A DNA stretch of 64,000 nucleotides from a virus. The notes under the pieces are model-generated. The model was not told where the DNA came from. It saw only the letters and a list, made by a program, of their open reading frames with translations, and made no database searches. Position 1 is the first letter of the stretch. Each line of letters begins with the position of its first letter. Positions 55,801 through 62,752 of the stretch are shown in pieces. The DNA lies in the IMG/VR virus record IMGVR_UViG_3300042894_002524, positions 1-64,000 of that record; one strand, 5' to 3'. Both the position numbers and the translations under genes were made by a program.

Positions 55801-58736
55801 GCAGCAAGCTCTTCGTCTGATAGATTTGACAAGTCCACAGCTGTAGCAGCAGCACCTGTTGGAGAAGGTGTTCCTGTTGCAGTTGTAGGCTTTTGTCCAA
55901 GTGTTACCGGAGTTACGACAGCGCCTGACAATCCTGCGGGCGGTGCATTGGTTGGAGCACCGCTTGCAGCAGGAGATGGTCTTCCGGTTGCTGCTGCTTT
56001 TGCATTACAAACACAAGCTTGAATTGCTTGAAGAGTGGAAAGAATTTGGCTAAGGATATCTCTAAGTGTTGTAATACCCCCAATTGCTGATGTGATAGGG
56101 GCTGGAGTCGGAACTGCTGGTCCGTATGGTGCAGCATCACGGACACCACCAGTCGCAGGATCAATACCCGCTCCTGTCGCATTATTTGATGCTCCTCTGA
56201 TTCTAAGAAACTTTTGGGCTGCTTTTCTGAAAATGCTGGCTGTCTTTTTAGATTGCTCTTGAAGAAGTTCATTCACCATCTTGTTTGTTTGATAAATAGG
56301 ATCTAATGACCTTACATAATCTTTTGTTGCTTGATCAAGACCGTAGAAATTCTTTTGCGATTGCAAAGCCGTACCATCTAGAACGGCTTTACGACCAGCC
56401 AGTTGCTTGATATACTTACCACCCTTTGATTTCTCCTTAGCAGTAAGCTCTTCTCCCCGATCTTGCTTTGCAATAATTGGAGCAAGTTTTTCAAGTCTCT
56501 TTGCATCTTTTCTAGAGGTAAAGATTTTTCCATCTTGTCCAAATTTCCTAAAGTTACCGCCAATTCTTAATGCAATGTCGCTTGTCTTCATGAGAGACTG
56601 ATTTAGTTCAACAACATTTCCTTTAAACCGTTTGATACCGCCAGCACGAACATTGTTGAATATCGCACCAAGCTGTCCTACTGCACCAATAGTTCTCATT
56701 AGTGGTCCAATAAGAGCCAATAGAATTAGCATTACTCCCAGTATTTTCTTAATTGGGTCCGAAAGTTCTCTAAAGAATTTAGCTATTCTTTCAATGATCG
56801 GGTTAATCTGTTCAAGAATTCCTCCAAACACAGAGGTTAATTCACGAGCAATCGACTTAGCAGCCTCTCTTGCTTTACCATATTGAACTTCGACAGAGTT
56901 CCGTACACGCTCTAATTCGTCATTCTTATTTTCTTCGGTTAAAGACTTACCATACAACTGAGCGGTAAGAAGTTTTCCTGATTCTGTTTGAATATTATTA
57001 AACTCTTTACCGAGTTTATTCTGTCTTTCTTGCTTCTTTGTATTATCAAGCATAACTTTTCCACTGTATTCATATTGAGTTATTCCATTTTTTTGGAGAG
57101 CTTGATTTGCATTTCTAAGGTTAAAAAGAGCTACCTCTTGTCCAGCCTGAATTGCTAAAGCTTTGGCTTTGTAATTTCCATCTTCATCCATCTCTTGAGC
57201 TGCAGATGTAAGATTGGCTATTTCTTGAAGATTCCCAATTTTTATTTCATCTTCTTTTTTGGTAAATCCACGAATTTTTAATTGAGTATTTATAGCATCC
57301 TCAGCCTGTTTTGCCATCTTTTGCTCTTGAGTTCCAACTGCTTTTAATCTCTTATCATATTTATTCATTTGAGCAATGGCAACTTCCATTCTTGGACCCT
57401 GACGAACACCAAACAATTTAGAGAAGAATACTAATTGATCAGCTTTGCTAAGTTTTGCCTTAAGCAAATCATAGTTAGTAATAAGATCCATAAGTCCACC
57501 TGCACCCAAACCAAGAGATGGAGCAAATTCCTTGCCAATAGTATCGCTTAAATCTTTAAGCATGTCTTTGTTCTGTTTGGTTGTTGCAACCATTCTCTGC
57601 AAAGAAACTTTAATGGAGTTCGCTGAGGCTCCAACCTGAAATGATGCACCAATCATTGGTACAAGCAATGCAGCTGTTGTTTGCATATTTAAACCAAAAG
57701 AGGTTGCAGCAGCGGTTACTTCAGGAAAGGCTTCTGCAATGTTATTAAGAGATAGCGTTGTTTTGTTTTCAGCAAAGTTGAAGAAAGCAATTGCTCCATT
57801 AATCTCTTCTGTCATCTGCTTAAGCGACTTTTCACTCGTTACATCCAACCCCTTGTCTGTTCTAATTCTAGAAATAGTTTGGAACATAGCCTGAATTGTT
57901 GATTGAGCTTGTGTAATGTCAATATTACCCAATTTTTCAAATTCAACAGTTAATTCAGTCAATCTCGCCAATGACTCTGGTGCAGAAATACCAAGCTCAG
58001 CAAAATCTCCAGCAAGACCCTGCACAAGTTCTCTTGATACACCCCATTTACTTGTGATTTTGTCAAGACCATCTCCAAGGGTTTTTACTGCATACTGAAG
58101 GTCGGTATATCCTTTTGCAGCCCCAGCTGTGTTCTTGACAGAATCATCGAAAGAGTCAGCCATTAGTTTGGTTGAACGAATGACTTGTTTATCTAACGCT
58201 CTGAATGATGAAAACCCCATCCGGAAGAAAGCAACAAGTGGCAGGGTGAGACCCATAGACATGCGTGTTCCAGCGTTGGTCATTCTTTGCGAGAATGCAT
58301 TGAGTTGAGAACCCATTTGCTGGAAGTTCATTGCTCGCATTGAGTTTCCAATTTGTTTTTGCATGGAGTCCATAACTCTCAATTGAGTTATGTATGCACG
58401 GATAGGAACAGTATTTAACCCGGCGGATTGCAGACGACCAAGTTGTGAGTTAAGAGCATCAGCCTGTATACGGCTATTTCGAAAAGAAGCTGACAATGCG
58501 TGTTGACTTAACGCATTACCTTTTAGAGATGTATTCAGCGAACTAGAGTTTCTTGAAAGTCTAGATATCGCTGCACCAACAGCATTGGTTGCACCAACAG
58601 CACTTTGACTTGTTGCTTTTAAACCATTAAGAGAACGAACAGTGTTGCTTAATTGACCGTTTATGCGTTGAAGAGCAGCCGAAAGCCGGTCATTCATTTC
58701 GGCTCTAACTAGGATTTCGGCTTGTGCGTCACTCAT
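46833..58736 (-). CDS. Giant tape measure protein (3967 aa) with a C-terminal peptidoglycan-binding domain
   Basis: Follows the tail chaperone; N-terminal TMP core, hydrophobic helical segments, PG_binding_1-like domain (~47285-47480) and TMP-type C-terminus GG.V.G...VPAILHGGEYV. Confidence 0.92.
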   Translation of the reverse strand: MSDAQAEILVRAEMNDRLSAALQRINGQLSNTVRSLNGLKATSQSAVGATNAVGAAISRLSRNSSSLNTSLKGNALSQHALSASFRNSRIQADALNSQLGRLQSAGLNTVPIRAYITQLRVMDSMQKQIGNSMRAMNFQQMGSQLNAFSQRMTNAGTRMSMGLTLPLVAFFRMGFSSFRALDKQVIRSTKLMADSFDDSVKNTAGAAKGYTDLQYAVKTLGDGLDKITSKWGVSRELVQGLAGDFAELGISAPESLARLTELTVEFEKLGNIDITQAQSTIQAMFQTISRIRTDKGLDVTSEKSLKQMTEEINGAIAFFNFAENKTTLSLNNIAEAFPEVTAAATSFGLNMQTTAALLVPMIGASFQVGASANSIKVSLQRMVATTKQNKDMLKDLSDTIGKEFAPSLGLGAGGLMDLITNYDLLKAKLSKADQLVFFSKLFGVRQGPRMEVAIAQMNKYDKRLKAVGTQEQKMAKQAEDAINTQLKIRGFTKKEDEIKIGNLQEIANLTSAAQEMDEDGNYKAKALAIQAGQEVALFNLRNANQALQKNGITQYEYSGKVMLDNTKKQERQNKLGKEFNNIQTESGKLLTAQLYGKSLTEENKNDELERVRNSVEVQYGKAREAAKSIARELTSVFGGILEQINPIIERIAKFFRELSDPIKKILGVMLILLALIGPLMRTIGAVGQLGAIFNNVRAGGIKRFKGNVVELNQSLMKTSDIALRIGGNFRKFGQDGKIFTSRKDAKRLEKLAPIIAKQDRGEELTAKEKSKGGKYIKQLAGRKAVLDGTALQSQKNFYGLDQATKDYVRSLDPIYQTNKMVNELLQEQSKKTASIFRKAAQKFLRIRGASNNATGAGIDPATGGVRDAAPYGPAVPTPAPITSAIGGITTLRDILSQILSTLQAIQACVCNAKAAATGRPSPAASGAPTNAPPAGLSGAVVTPVTLGQKPTTATGTPSPTGAAATAVDLSNLSDEELAASKARLEKEAKQLEAEAKETAKILAKAEKEKRKLAEKQYKNALKKKLFSTESVVGALKPQLNVRSGLPANFMNPMAMMNAMKPTMPEIPAGGDILKPAIDKGMHAVAEAVMVSIGKKPVAPAASPIPAAIEAATATAEETVATDVKQKAKRGRGRPKAAGPIPAAIDIAVAEGEKTVAEAIVADTKKTRGRPKGTTKKPAVTPAVSTAQRDYAAVDGFGRAVSGPNKATVDLEAAGASIKKLLNLEGTAKSAILTKDSLIKLFTILGQDVPVKLRQLDSLVNKEGEAIKVNLSTLGKIAGAIKTGVAGKALAPDAKVGAAFTGTSAKTSPFYAKNFNEAVSSSVGNIKYKPVTAIKPEDIAVAKESVAQVTEFEKERQILKDKIKILADQARVIKGKIDDLVAQESRAAKVGNLSLARVLQIKILSEKRKMSDVQRAISELKRTTDLINTELQSVRQSANLAFNNAQQQIASSGGVPFAGAKGKGMPFGSTTARARAKRTGERYTGLVYGGRDSKGDPTEELRERREVTRPSYSRNDPEEKDRQARRVALRPKRKAGIELLRQAVTQQPDYIEREKRRVAQAARDAEFAAKQEADRLAKQQEAALKKLGVKPEKVEPVQSSPIKRGFMSKEQFLAGQAENLQSLNEQIKAANDSARSAKRAVKNLETQIQEVTESKKRIPGGKKNAIDELTTRLEDAKKKAEQAKAAAKAAKDDIARINAYDPAKGGLPPKPVAPDISAAVRPKSLSAGVPTGATTLGNINSQLSATLQIPTAVLDQFYQTLKIQGKGLAEVASNAGLQATDDLALLKQELLKIGLTIEQALAKPAETLKQLQAVKFQDSGEVQALFQRLVMFARDVANKGVEKAFQDTIARFQNLKPGAAVKPASAKPASAPANKAAYGFGLESADQKILAEQIKSQIIAQNKAAIDFMKFETKTLEYIGRAFAIEGRGKGKKEVVVANLIKKLKEMGIAVEKAIVTEAIAPINAAKDAVTTTAATAAGASVGKPKAPVTAQPGNVIGNLGATQIQNFMSIANSVSEDSATFATQVNRLAQKAGLEGQETSVIIQKILSAFEVYLKNNGLTEAQLRQADALLREIATGTARPFSVAASKVYESARGSKEEPKASGLRGKAVGATADETAKVVEAEKNLTVAVEKTIADAAKAVTISANAAANPRLAAIASGVKLSPLASPTTGVAGPKATDATPAVAVRTPYSMPYINEINSQAINTKAVADSIAENIRLASSGTAKKVQSMLSGIQELVRSVHGAQIAKDFAFITGGNITDALKYLDRIIQEKLVKEAEKVKAVADTVKVAPVAPAPPVAPKPPVATAPVYPAPPSKPMLMLNAAKESPRRAAAQAKAAAAAVGTVGTTPIEMPRARVNLREMIAERLAIKATMEAETAAMAERIRSNVALSQAIRERSRAMDVANRSDRVQKLIDATPIPPRPSAGRNRIPLTREEFTGQTIAKTANVMFNPIKQVKVIGSALGSIGGALESVAKRVSPKRFGDQNVYKARDYMGEARRTTFGRIADRNLQVTSRQSRIAEKDARVIAKETRATDRPNRNIARLTQSQLPSQFRQAINPSIDTLKAIAKTYGPPIKSAMNFAKKKSIEGLKIAGQVTRELTLLPVRVPIVFTTGLIEAHKFAMKGVRAGIAKLDSIAFFNTTYTGAAIITLAITLEKGLTKLGSAMTMGGQALLTSGQIAAKFVQTAFTNPKQALAMASTGLTNSKDLLFKAGAGLVAAASSIKVGAIKLAQSAGSAAVAGAKMAGGAIGKAAMAPVRGVKTMFVGGSTFVPQGTDAAGNAIATKKGGLFRRSVTQTTDATTGMMTEQRGKGMFGRMKGGLGKGVMGGIRGLGTAAGSMSSMMLYQLGPAGMALQGPLNKVIGLLTKTKGAFFGVTIPILLVVGAIFLLKKTFSAYGDKTTGVAENFKKAFAAVMVVVNMLKTAFFDFFASLFGGAESSGEATGNIATVVTKVAEATRKFAVAFQAFFTKYILPAIYTMLSGFSMIIRAIFSFVSNLVKFVMAIVSFFRGGGDKAKEAMVSAMKGMLKAIVNALKGLLKMVLPMLSLLIKAVTKVVELIVQLFEWLVIGVINLIRYMVKGVINLVFTIVKAYVFIIDKIIELFVLLETTAIKIATEMVIAVIKIFFGIVKGTVAVVKGIISIWAKLPAGVGKGIGMIGSLIAGLMRGIGDKLAGLWGIGGKLKDALYSVADGFEKASNAVEGVGGAATAKLESGIDAIFTPLENGISGLQNKAVGLVRGISGALIKGVSSLNGVGDAVMNVVQGIQNKLLGSVDIAADTANAFIGGFSDAIAGAGNGIVDWLAGLVDGNDIKEKIGDSLKDAVKNVAKDPSAANEAGRAIADAIGEGIKSLKDNFYDKVISNLSDSLGKLKDQITKALEKQKDQSLKFFDDQIAAIDALAAADAELTAEKQKQEDERLRIAERALQRDSYLKNRALAIYEGRIDDARTLGLEEAKNQQEFNKETEKNAKDAQAAAKAKNVEAAKKVIENQKQVASDQFDKDLEDFQTFIENIGKNGTLTAAELTTQFNELKARADLTSSGMQAAFQGYYNALPTLIANNTAPTVGFFTSSMDALIAGAAAKYGLDTGTTDPATMLGITNGMMSNLGTVYTTGFTTVVAPAYNDGQELLAGIAREFADPSASNPKSAAGIYASAIANATAAVRAEFMKMKTDASSAFAEVVAAINDELKGLAITKAIADAAEELKNTGGGTAPSGGSATSPATGVTGPTAPTGFGPLGLTQTAFEALAGKDRLFKLNDSNDYIKSAKAALAFYGYTGFDVNSTKMGTGTVAALKSFQKKYPVGGNNDGNLGPSTAKALGLFSGVGVQKKFMGGMIKRAVGGVVPGYSTEGVPAILHGGEYVISSKAVQNLGLGLLTQLNGLKHGVPSFNVPKPQMPSASGLNMSVTSHSQSETTQNYNFYVDNFIGEDQWFESMMKDYNIKVVPNNQKAAGLESRVVRTYNGINRGM

Positions 58737-58750
58737 GATTGTCTTAGTTA

Positions 58751-58779
58751 ATAATAAGGCATTGAGCCAATAAAAGCAA
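58751..58779 (-). promoter_or_regulatory. Putative promoter for the tape measure gene
   Basis: TTGCTT-17 nt-TATTAT, 14 nt before the ATG. Confidence 0.45.
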
Positions 58780-58783
58780 TTTA

Positions 58784-59101
58784 TTATTGTTGTTCATAAC
58801 CCAATCCAAATGGTATTGAACCAATATTTGAAGAGCCAATTACTTCTGGTGGTTCTGGATCGAACCAATCTTCATTCATATCAACATCTGCTCCTTGTGA
58901 AGCAGCCAGCATCTTCATTTGATTTGAATTTTCATTCATACATGCACGATAAAGAAGAAACATCTCATCAAGCGTGAGACTCTCTTCTAGCTCTACAATG
59001 TTCTTCCAAGCACCGCTTCGTATAAAAATTTCTGATTCATATTTGAGGAGAGGGATGTCTTCCCAACTTGTGGGATCACCTGTTCCACTCTCCCCTGTTA
59101 G
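58784..59101 (-). CDS. Tail assembly chaperone -1 frame extension (gpT-like)
   Basis: About 105 open codons LTGESGTGDPTSWEDIPLLKYESEIF...GLGYEQQ in the -1 frame, overlapping the chaperone stop; no start codon at its 5' end. Confidence 0.8.
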   Translation of the reverse strand, partial: LTGESGTGDPTSWEDIPLLKYESEIFIRSGAWKNIVELEESLTLDEMFLLYRACMNENSNQMKMLAASQGADVDMNEDWFDPEPPEVIGSSNIGSIPFGLGYEQQ

Positions 59102-59400
59102 GAAGGGTCTGAACCCATTGCTGCGCCCATCAGTTCGCCAAAGCAGCGAAGGTCAAGCGCATCTTCAAGTGCTTCTTGATTAGCAGCAAGTGCAGGATCC
59201 ACAGCGATAAGCGCAATCCCAGCAGCTTCCACCATGATATCAATATCAGCGTCTTCAAGTGTGTCATCAGTCTTGAGGTCTTTAATTACCTTCATGAACT
59301 TACGAAGGTTTCTGATTGTGAGTGGCTTAATTGTTCTTGTCTTACCATCAGCAAAAAGGATATCCGTTCCTCCGATAATGTCAGCATTCTTTTCAGTCAT
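59098..59400 (-). CDS. Tail assembly chaperone (gpG-like)
   Basis: Lies between major tail and tape measure; DG...IKPLTIR.LRKFM; SD AAGGAG. Confidence 0.85.
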   Translation of the reverse strand: MTEKNADIIGGTDILFADGKTRTIKPLTIRNLRKFMKVIKDLKTDDTLEDADIDIMVEAAGIALIAVDPALAANQEALEDALDLRCFGELMGAAMGSDPS

Positions 59401-59413
59401 ATTATATTTTCTC

Positions 59414-59476
59414 CTTGAGTTTTGGGATTCGAAAATCCCTCAAGTTCCAAGTATAGCACAAGGGCTTGAGGGATTC
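59414..59476 (-). promoter_or_regulatory. Three-arm alternative hairpin with an embedded extended -10 upstream of the chaperone
   Basis: Arm 59434-59444 pairs with either 59465-59475 or 59414-59430; TGCTATACT at 59450-59458. Confidence 0.55.
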
Positions 59477-59521
59477 TCAGACAATCATTTAGATTTTAAT
59501 TAGTTTTTAATTGTTACTTAT

Positions 59522-60097
59522 TCAGCTTTGATCGATGATCTTTCCGTACTCGTAACCAGTGTCTTCAACTTTTGGTAGAATTCTGAAGCCGACTGCAAAG
59601 ACGGATGCCTCTGCACGCTTCATCGTCAATGTGGTTGATTCCATTGAAATTGCACGCTTCGTATAGAACTTGCGAGTCTTGGTTGCGCCAGCGGTTGTGC
59701 CGGGAGCATAGCCTTGGATAACAAGTGCCTTTTCGTATGGGAACACGGTTTGCGCTCCGAACAAGAAAGTCTTGGTATTTGCACCATCGTTGTTAGCCAC
59801 AACATCGGTTGTTCCAACCGAGTCGTAGTTCCAAGCGAGAGCGAGGTTGTTTAAGGTTGCCTCTGCCATAGTCGTCTTGACCATAACTTTTACCTTTGAT
59901 TGTACGATTCTTGCTGCGTCACCGAACTGATCAATTTCAATGTCGACCATATCTGGTTCCCATGAGATTTCTACACCGTTCTGAGTCGCACCGAGGTCAT
60001 CGAAACCATCCATTGCGTTGATGGTTGTTGCGTTAGCCGAGTCGCCAACTTTAATAGTTGCCTCTCCGACTACAATGTTTGAAACATTAACTGCCAT
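59522..60097 (-). CDS. Major tail protein
   Basis: NIVVG.A...DLGATQNGVE...I.IDQ......V.TT.AEATL.NL; SD AGGAG; upstream of the chaperone. Confidence 0.9.
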   Translation of the reverse strand: MAVNVSNIVVGEATIKVGDSANATTINAMDGFDDLGATQNGVEISWEPDMVDIEIDQFGDAARIVQSKVKVMVKTTMAEATLNNLALAWNYDSVGTTDVVANNDGANTKTFLFGAQTVFPYEKALVIQGYAPGTTAGATKTRKFYTKRAISMESTTLTMKRAEASVFAVGFRILPKVEDTGYEYGKIIDQS

Positions 60098-60114
60098 TTT
60101 AATTTTCTCCTAAA

Positions 60115-60309
60115 TTATTCAAGGACAAATATTCTTTTGCCCTTTTTATCACGCCACTTAGCGATCTTCTTGACATGATCAGGGCGGATTTCTCCACCTC
60201 TTGTGCCGATTCCGAGTCCTTTATTCCACTCAAAATCGTAGGTATTTCGACCTACCCTGACTATGTAGCCGGGAGTCTTCCCGACATATGTAATAGTAGT
60301 ATACTGCAT
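60115..60309 (-). CDS. Small basic protein in the tail operon
   Basis: 64 aa; TGGTACACT 8 nt before the ATG. Confidence 0.7.
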   Translation of the reverse strand: MQYTTITYVGKTPGYIVRVGRNTYDFEWNKGLGIGTRGGEIRPDHVKKIAKWRDKKGKRIFVLE

Positions 60310-60347
60310 ATATTATTAGTGTACCACTTTATCTAGACTGACATTGT

Positions 60348-60779
60348 TTATTCTGATACATAACACAATTTAAAATCTAAATTCATTCTATACCAACCAT
60401 TAATTTCTAATGGAGCTATTAAATTAGACCCTGTTTGGTAGCAGGAAAAGATGCGAGTATCTGTGCCGTTGACTCCACCCGATGTCTGTATTTGGTCGCC
60501 ATGACCCAGAATTTCAACAAACCTTTCCGATAGGCGGAATAGGCGATCTGCATTTGTATCAAAAATAGAATATTTGACTGCATCGTATCTCATCCAATAA
60601 GCCTCAACATCCGGAATCATTGGGTTGTAGAAATACACCACGAATGGGGCTGGCTCAGAATCCGTTGCCACGACTGGGAAGAAGTTGAGAGTCTTTCCTG
60701 CAATTGATGTTATTGTAGCGTCAGCCTTTAGAAAAGCATTAAGGTCGTAAACGGCAATGGTTGATATCGTCATTATCAA
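60348..60779 (-). CDS. Tail terminator-like protein
   Basis: L.AD..I......FFP......PFVVY; position upstream of major tail. Confidence 0.7.
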   Translation of the reverse strand: MIMTISTIAVYDLNAFLKADATITSIAGKTLNFFPVVATDSEPAPFVVYFYNPMIPDVEAYWMRYDAVKYSIFDTNADRLFRLSERFVEILGHGDQIQTSGGVNGTDTRIFSCYQTGSNLIAPLEINGWYRMNLDFKLCYVSE

Positions 60780-61108
60780 ATTCCTCCCATCATATCTTGC
60801 CTAAGACAATCAACTAATTTTTGATGAATATACGATTCCGCAAATGATGCGATATCCGAAGCGCTGGCACCAGTCTGCGCTTGAGTTACAAATTCATTCA
60901 AATTGGTTATATTGATTGAAAAAGTTTCCCCAGAAAAGGAAATATTGAAATCTGCATATCTTATGGCATCACCAAATCTAGACTCAAGTTCTGACTTTAA
61001 AGGTTCATATGATTCTGTAAATGTTCTTGAAACAGCTTCTTTTATATTATTAGGGATATTGCCAATCACATCCAATATTTGACCCAAGTTATGCGTTGCG
61101 GTCATCAT
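60776..61108 (-). CDS. Neck/tail-completion protein (putative)
   Basis: Position between stopper and terminator; ATGA overlaps. Confidence 0.55.
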   Translation of the reverse strand: MMTATHNLGQILDVIGNIPNNIKEAVSRTFTESYEPLKSELESRFGDAIRYADFNISFSGETFSINITNLNEFVTQAQTGASASDIASFAESYIHQKLVDCLRQDMMGGI

Positions 61109-61494
61109 GATGGTTCAACCACATTTCTGATAACGGCTAGAATATGAGACTTACGACCATTGAACCCAAATTTTGGCTGGATTGATATAATCTCAAAAGG
61201 ACCAGCCTCTAGAACATCACCATATTTGTCTTTTATGTTTTGGACTCTGTTTGTATAATCAATATAGTCAGAATACTCACCCGGAATAAAGAGCTGATGA
61301 ATAGAAATATAATCTTGGTAGGGGGCGATTCTTTTACCACCATTACTGGTGTCCGAACTGCTGGATTGAATATAGATCGGTGCCGTTTTAATCAGGTTAT
61401 ATTGGAATGTCTTCTGTCCAGCAGGACTGACAGTTGTTACCTTCTGATAAATGTCAGCGGTTTGGTTAAACCGTAAATAAGTTCCGAATGCCAT
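61105..61494 (-). CDS. Head-to-tail stopper (putative)
   Basis: ADIY......S.AG....; beta-rich, 129 aa; synteny. Confidence 0.65.
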   Translation of the reverse strand: MAFGTYLRFNQTADIYQKVTTVSPAGQKTFQYNLIKTAPIYIQSSSSDTSNGGKRIAPYQDYISIHQLFIPGEYSDYIDYTNRVQNIKDKYGDVLEAGPFEIISIQPKFGFNGRKSHILAVIRNVVEPS

Positions 61495-62420
61495 TAGACC
61501 ACATAATCCATCACAAACAGTGTGTAATCCATCAAGTAGACATCAGCTTCAATATTCCCGGTTGATTCATAGAACGACTGTTTCATCTGCATCTTAACAA
61601 CATCCATATCAACGCTATGAATTCCATGCCTTCTGTATTCAGAATCGTCATTCATCAAGTCAGCAATCAGGAGATCAGCTGCAAACTTCACATTGTTAGG
61701 TACATAGCCCCAACCGAAGTCTCCTTCAATCTTGTACTCTCTTTTTGCTTTCCATGAGTTGGGAACAATCAGGGTATCGTTCTTATCAATCGTATCTGAT
61801 TTGAAACGAATGTAATAAGAAGCTTCAAAGTTTAAAGGCTGCTTAACTCTCTCAACATTATTAACTGTTGGCAAGGTTGCATCAAACAGAACCTCTTCGT
61901 ATGTACGACCCGGATCTTGGGTAACTTTGGTTAAATTATAAACAGGGTATGGGAGATGAAGGTTTGCGTGATTGTTTCCATCAATTGTAATGGACTTGTC
62001 TGGGTAGTAATCAAATGACTGACCGCAGTAGGTGTCAATGATTGCCCTGACCCGCTTTTCGTATCGGTCAAAGAGTGACCCTTTAGACTCTTGCAATTCC
62101 GGATAGGAAATGAAGAAATCAGCAGCAGTAGTGTAGGGGGTATAGACATTAATGTACTGAGCCTGTGTATATGAAACCCCAGAAACCGTATAGGTGAATT
62201 CTGTACGGTGCCTGCCTGCTGCATTTAAAATATAGATACCAGACGCTTGCTGTCCCAATGTTATTGTATAAACGCCTGCAGAGGCTCTAGAGGCACTCAC
62301 AGGACCGTGTACAAGGTCTCCCAGCTCATGATAAACAGAGACACTGACCAGATTTGAAGTGGGGTCAGCGGGGAGAGTGAGGGTTAGGGTCTTGGATGTG
62401 TTTACTTTTACATCTTCCAT
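61494..62420 (-). CDS. Head-to-tail adaptor with an N-terminal Ig-like extension
   Basis: IIDTYCGQSF...GDFGW.YVP..VK.AA.LLI..L...TGN..AD..L. Confidence 0.8.
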   Translation of the reverse strand: MEDVKVNTSKTLTLTLPADPTSNLVSVSVYHELGDLVHGPVSASRASAGVYTITLGQQASGIYILNAAGRHRTEFTYTVSGVSYTQAQYINVYTPYTTAADFFISYPELQESKGSLFDRYEKRVRAIIDTYCGQSFDYYPDKSITIDGNNHANLHLPYPVYNLTKVTQDPGRTYEEVLFDATLPTVNNVERVKQPLNFEASYYIRFKSDTIDKNDTLIVPNSWKAKREYKIEGDFGWGYVPNNVKFAADLLIADLMNDDSEYRRHGIHSVDMDVVKMQMKQSFYESTGNIEADVYLMDYTLFVMDYVV

Positions 62421-62461
62421 TATGCTTTAAGTATACAGCATATGGTTTTAATCAGTAAATC

Positions 62462-62752
62462 CTAAAACCACCAAAAATGCTTTAGAATAGACAAGCTGGC
62501 TAGGATTACCCATAGCACATTGAAAAGGATAATTGTTGGCAAGGTCTTGCGGGTTGATGTCCAGATAAGACTTATGCTTGAGATGATGGCAAAGATATAT
62601 AACCACCACCATTGTTTATCAAGAAGAAGACCCGGAAAGATGATTGCAATCTTTGTTGCAAAACCCCAAGCTTCCACTGAGTTAACCCTTGTCCAATAAG
62701 AACGACTACTCATCGTCTTGATTGCGTCAATTATCTTCTTAAAGAATACCAT
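62462..62752 (-). CDS. Small multi-pass membrane protein
   Basis: Three hydrophobic segments. Confidence 0.7.
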   Translation of the reverse strand: MVFFKKIIDAIKTMSSRSYWTRVNSVEAWGFATKIAIIFPGLLLDKQWWWLYIFAIISSISLIWTSTRKTLPTIILFNVLWVILASLSILKHFWWF

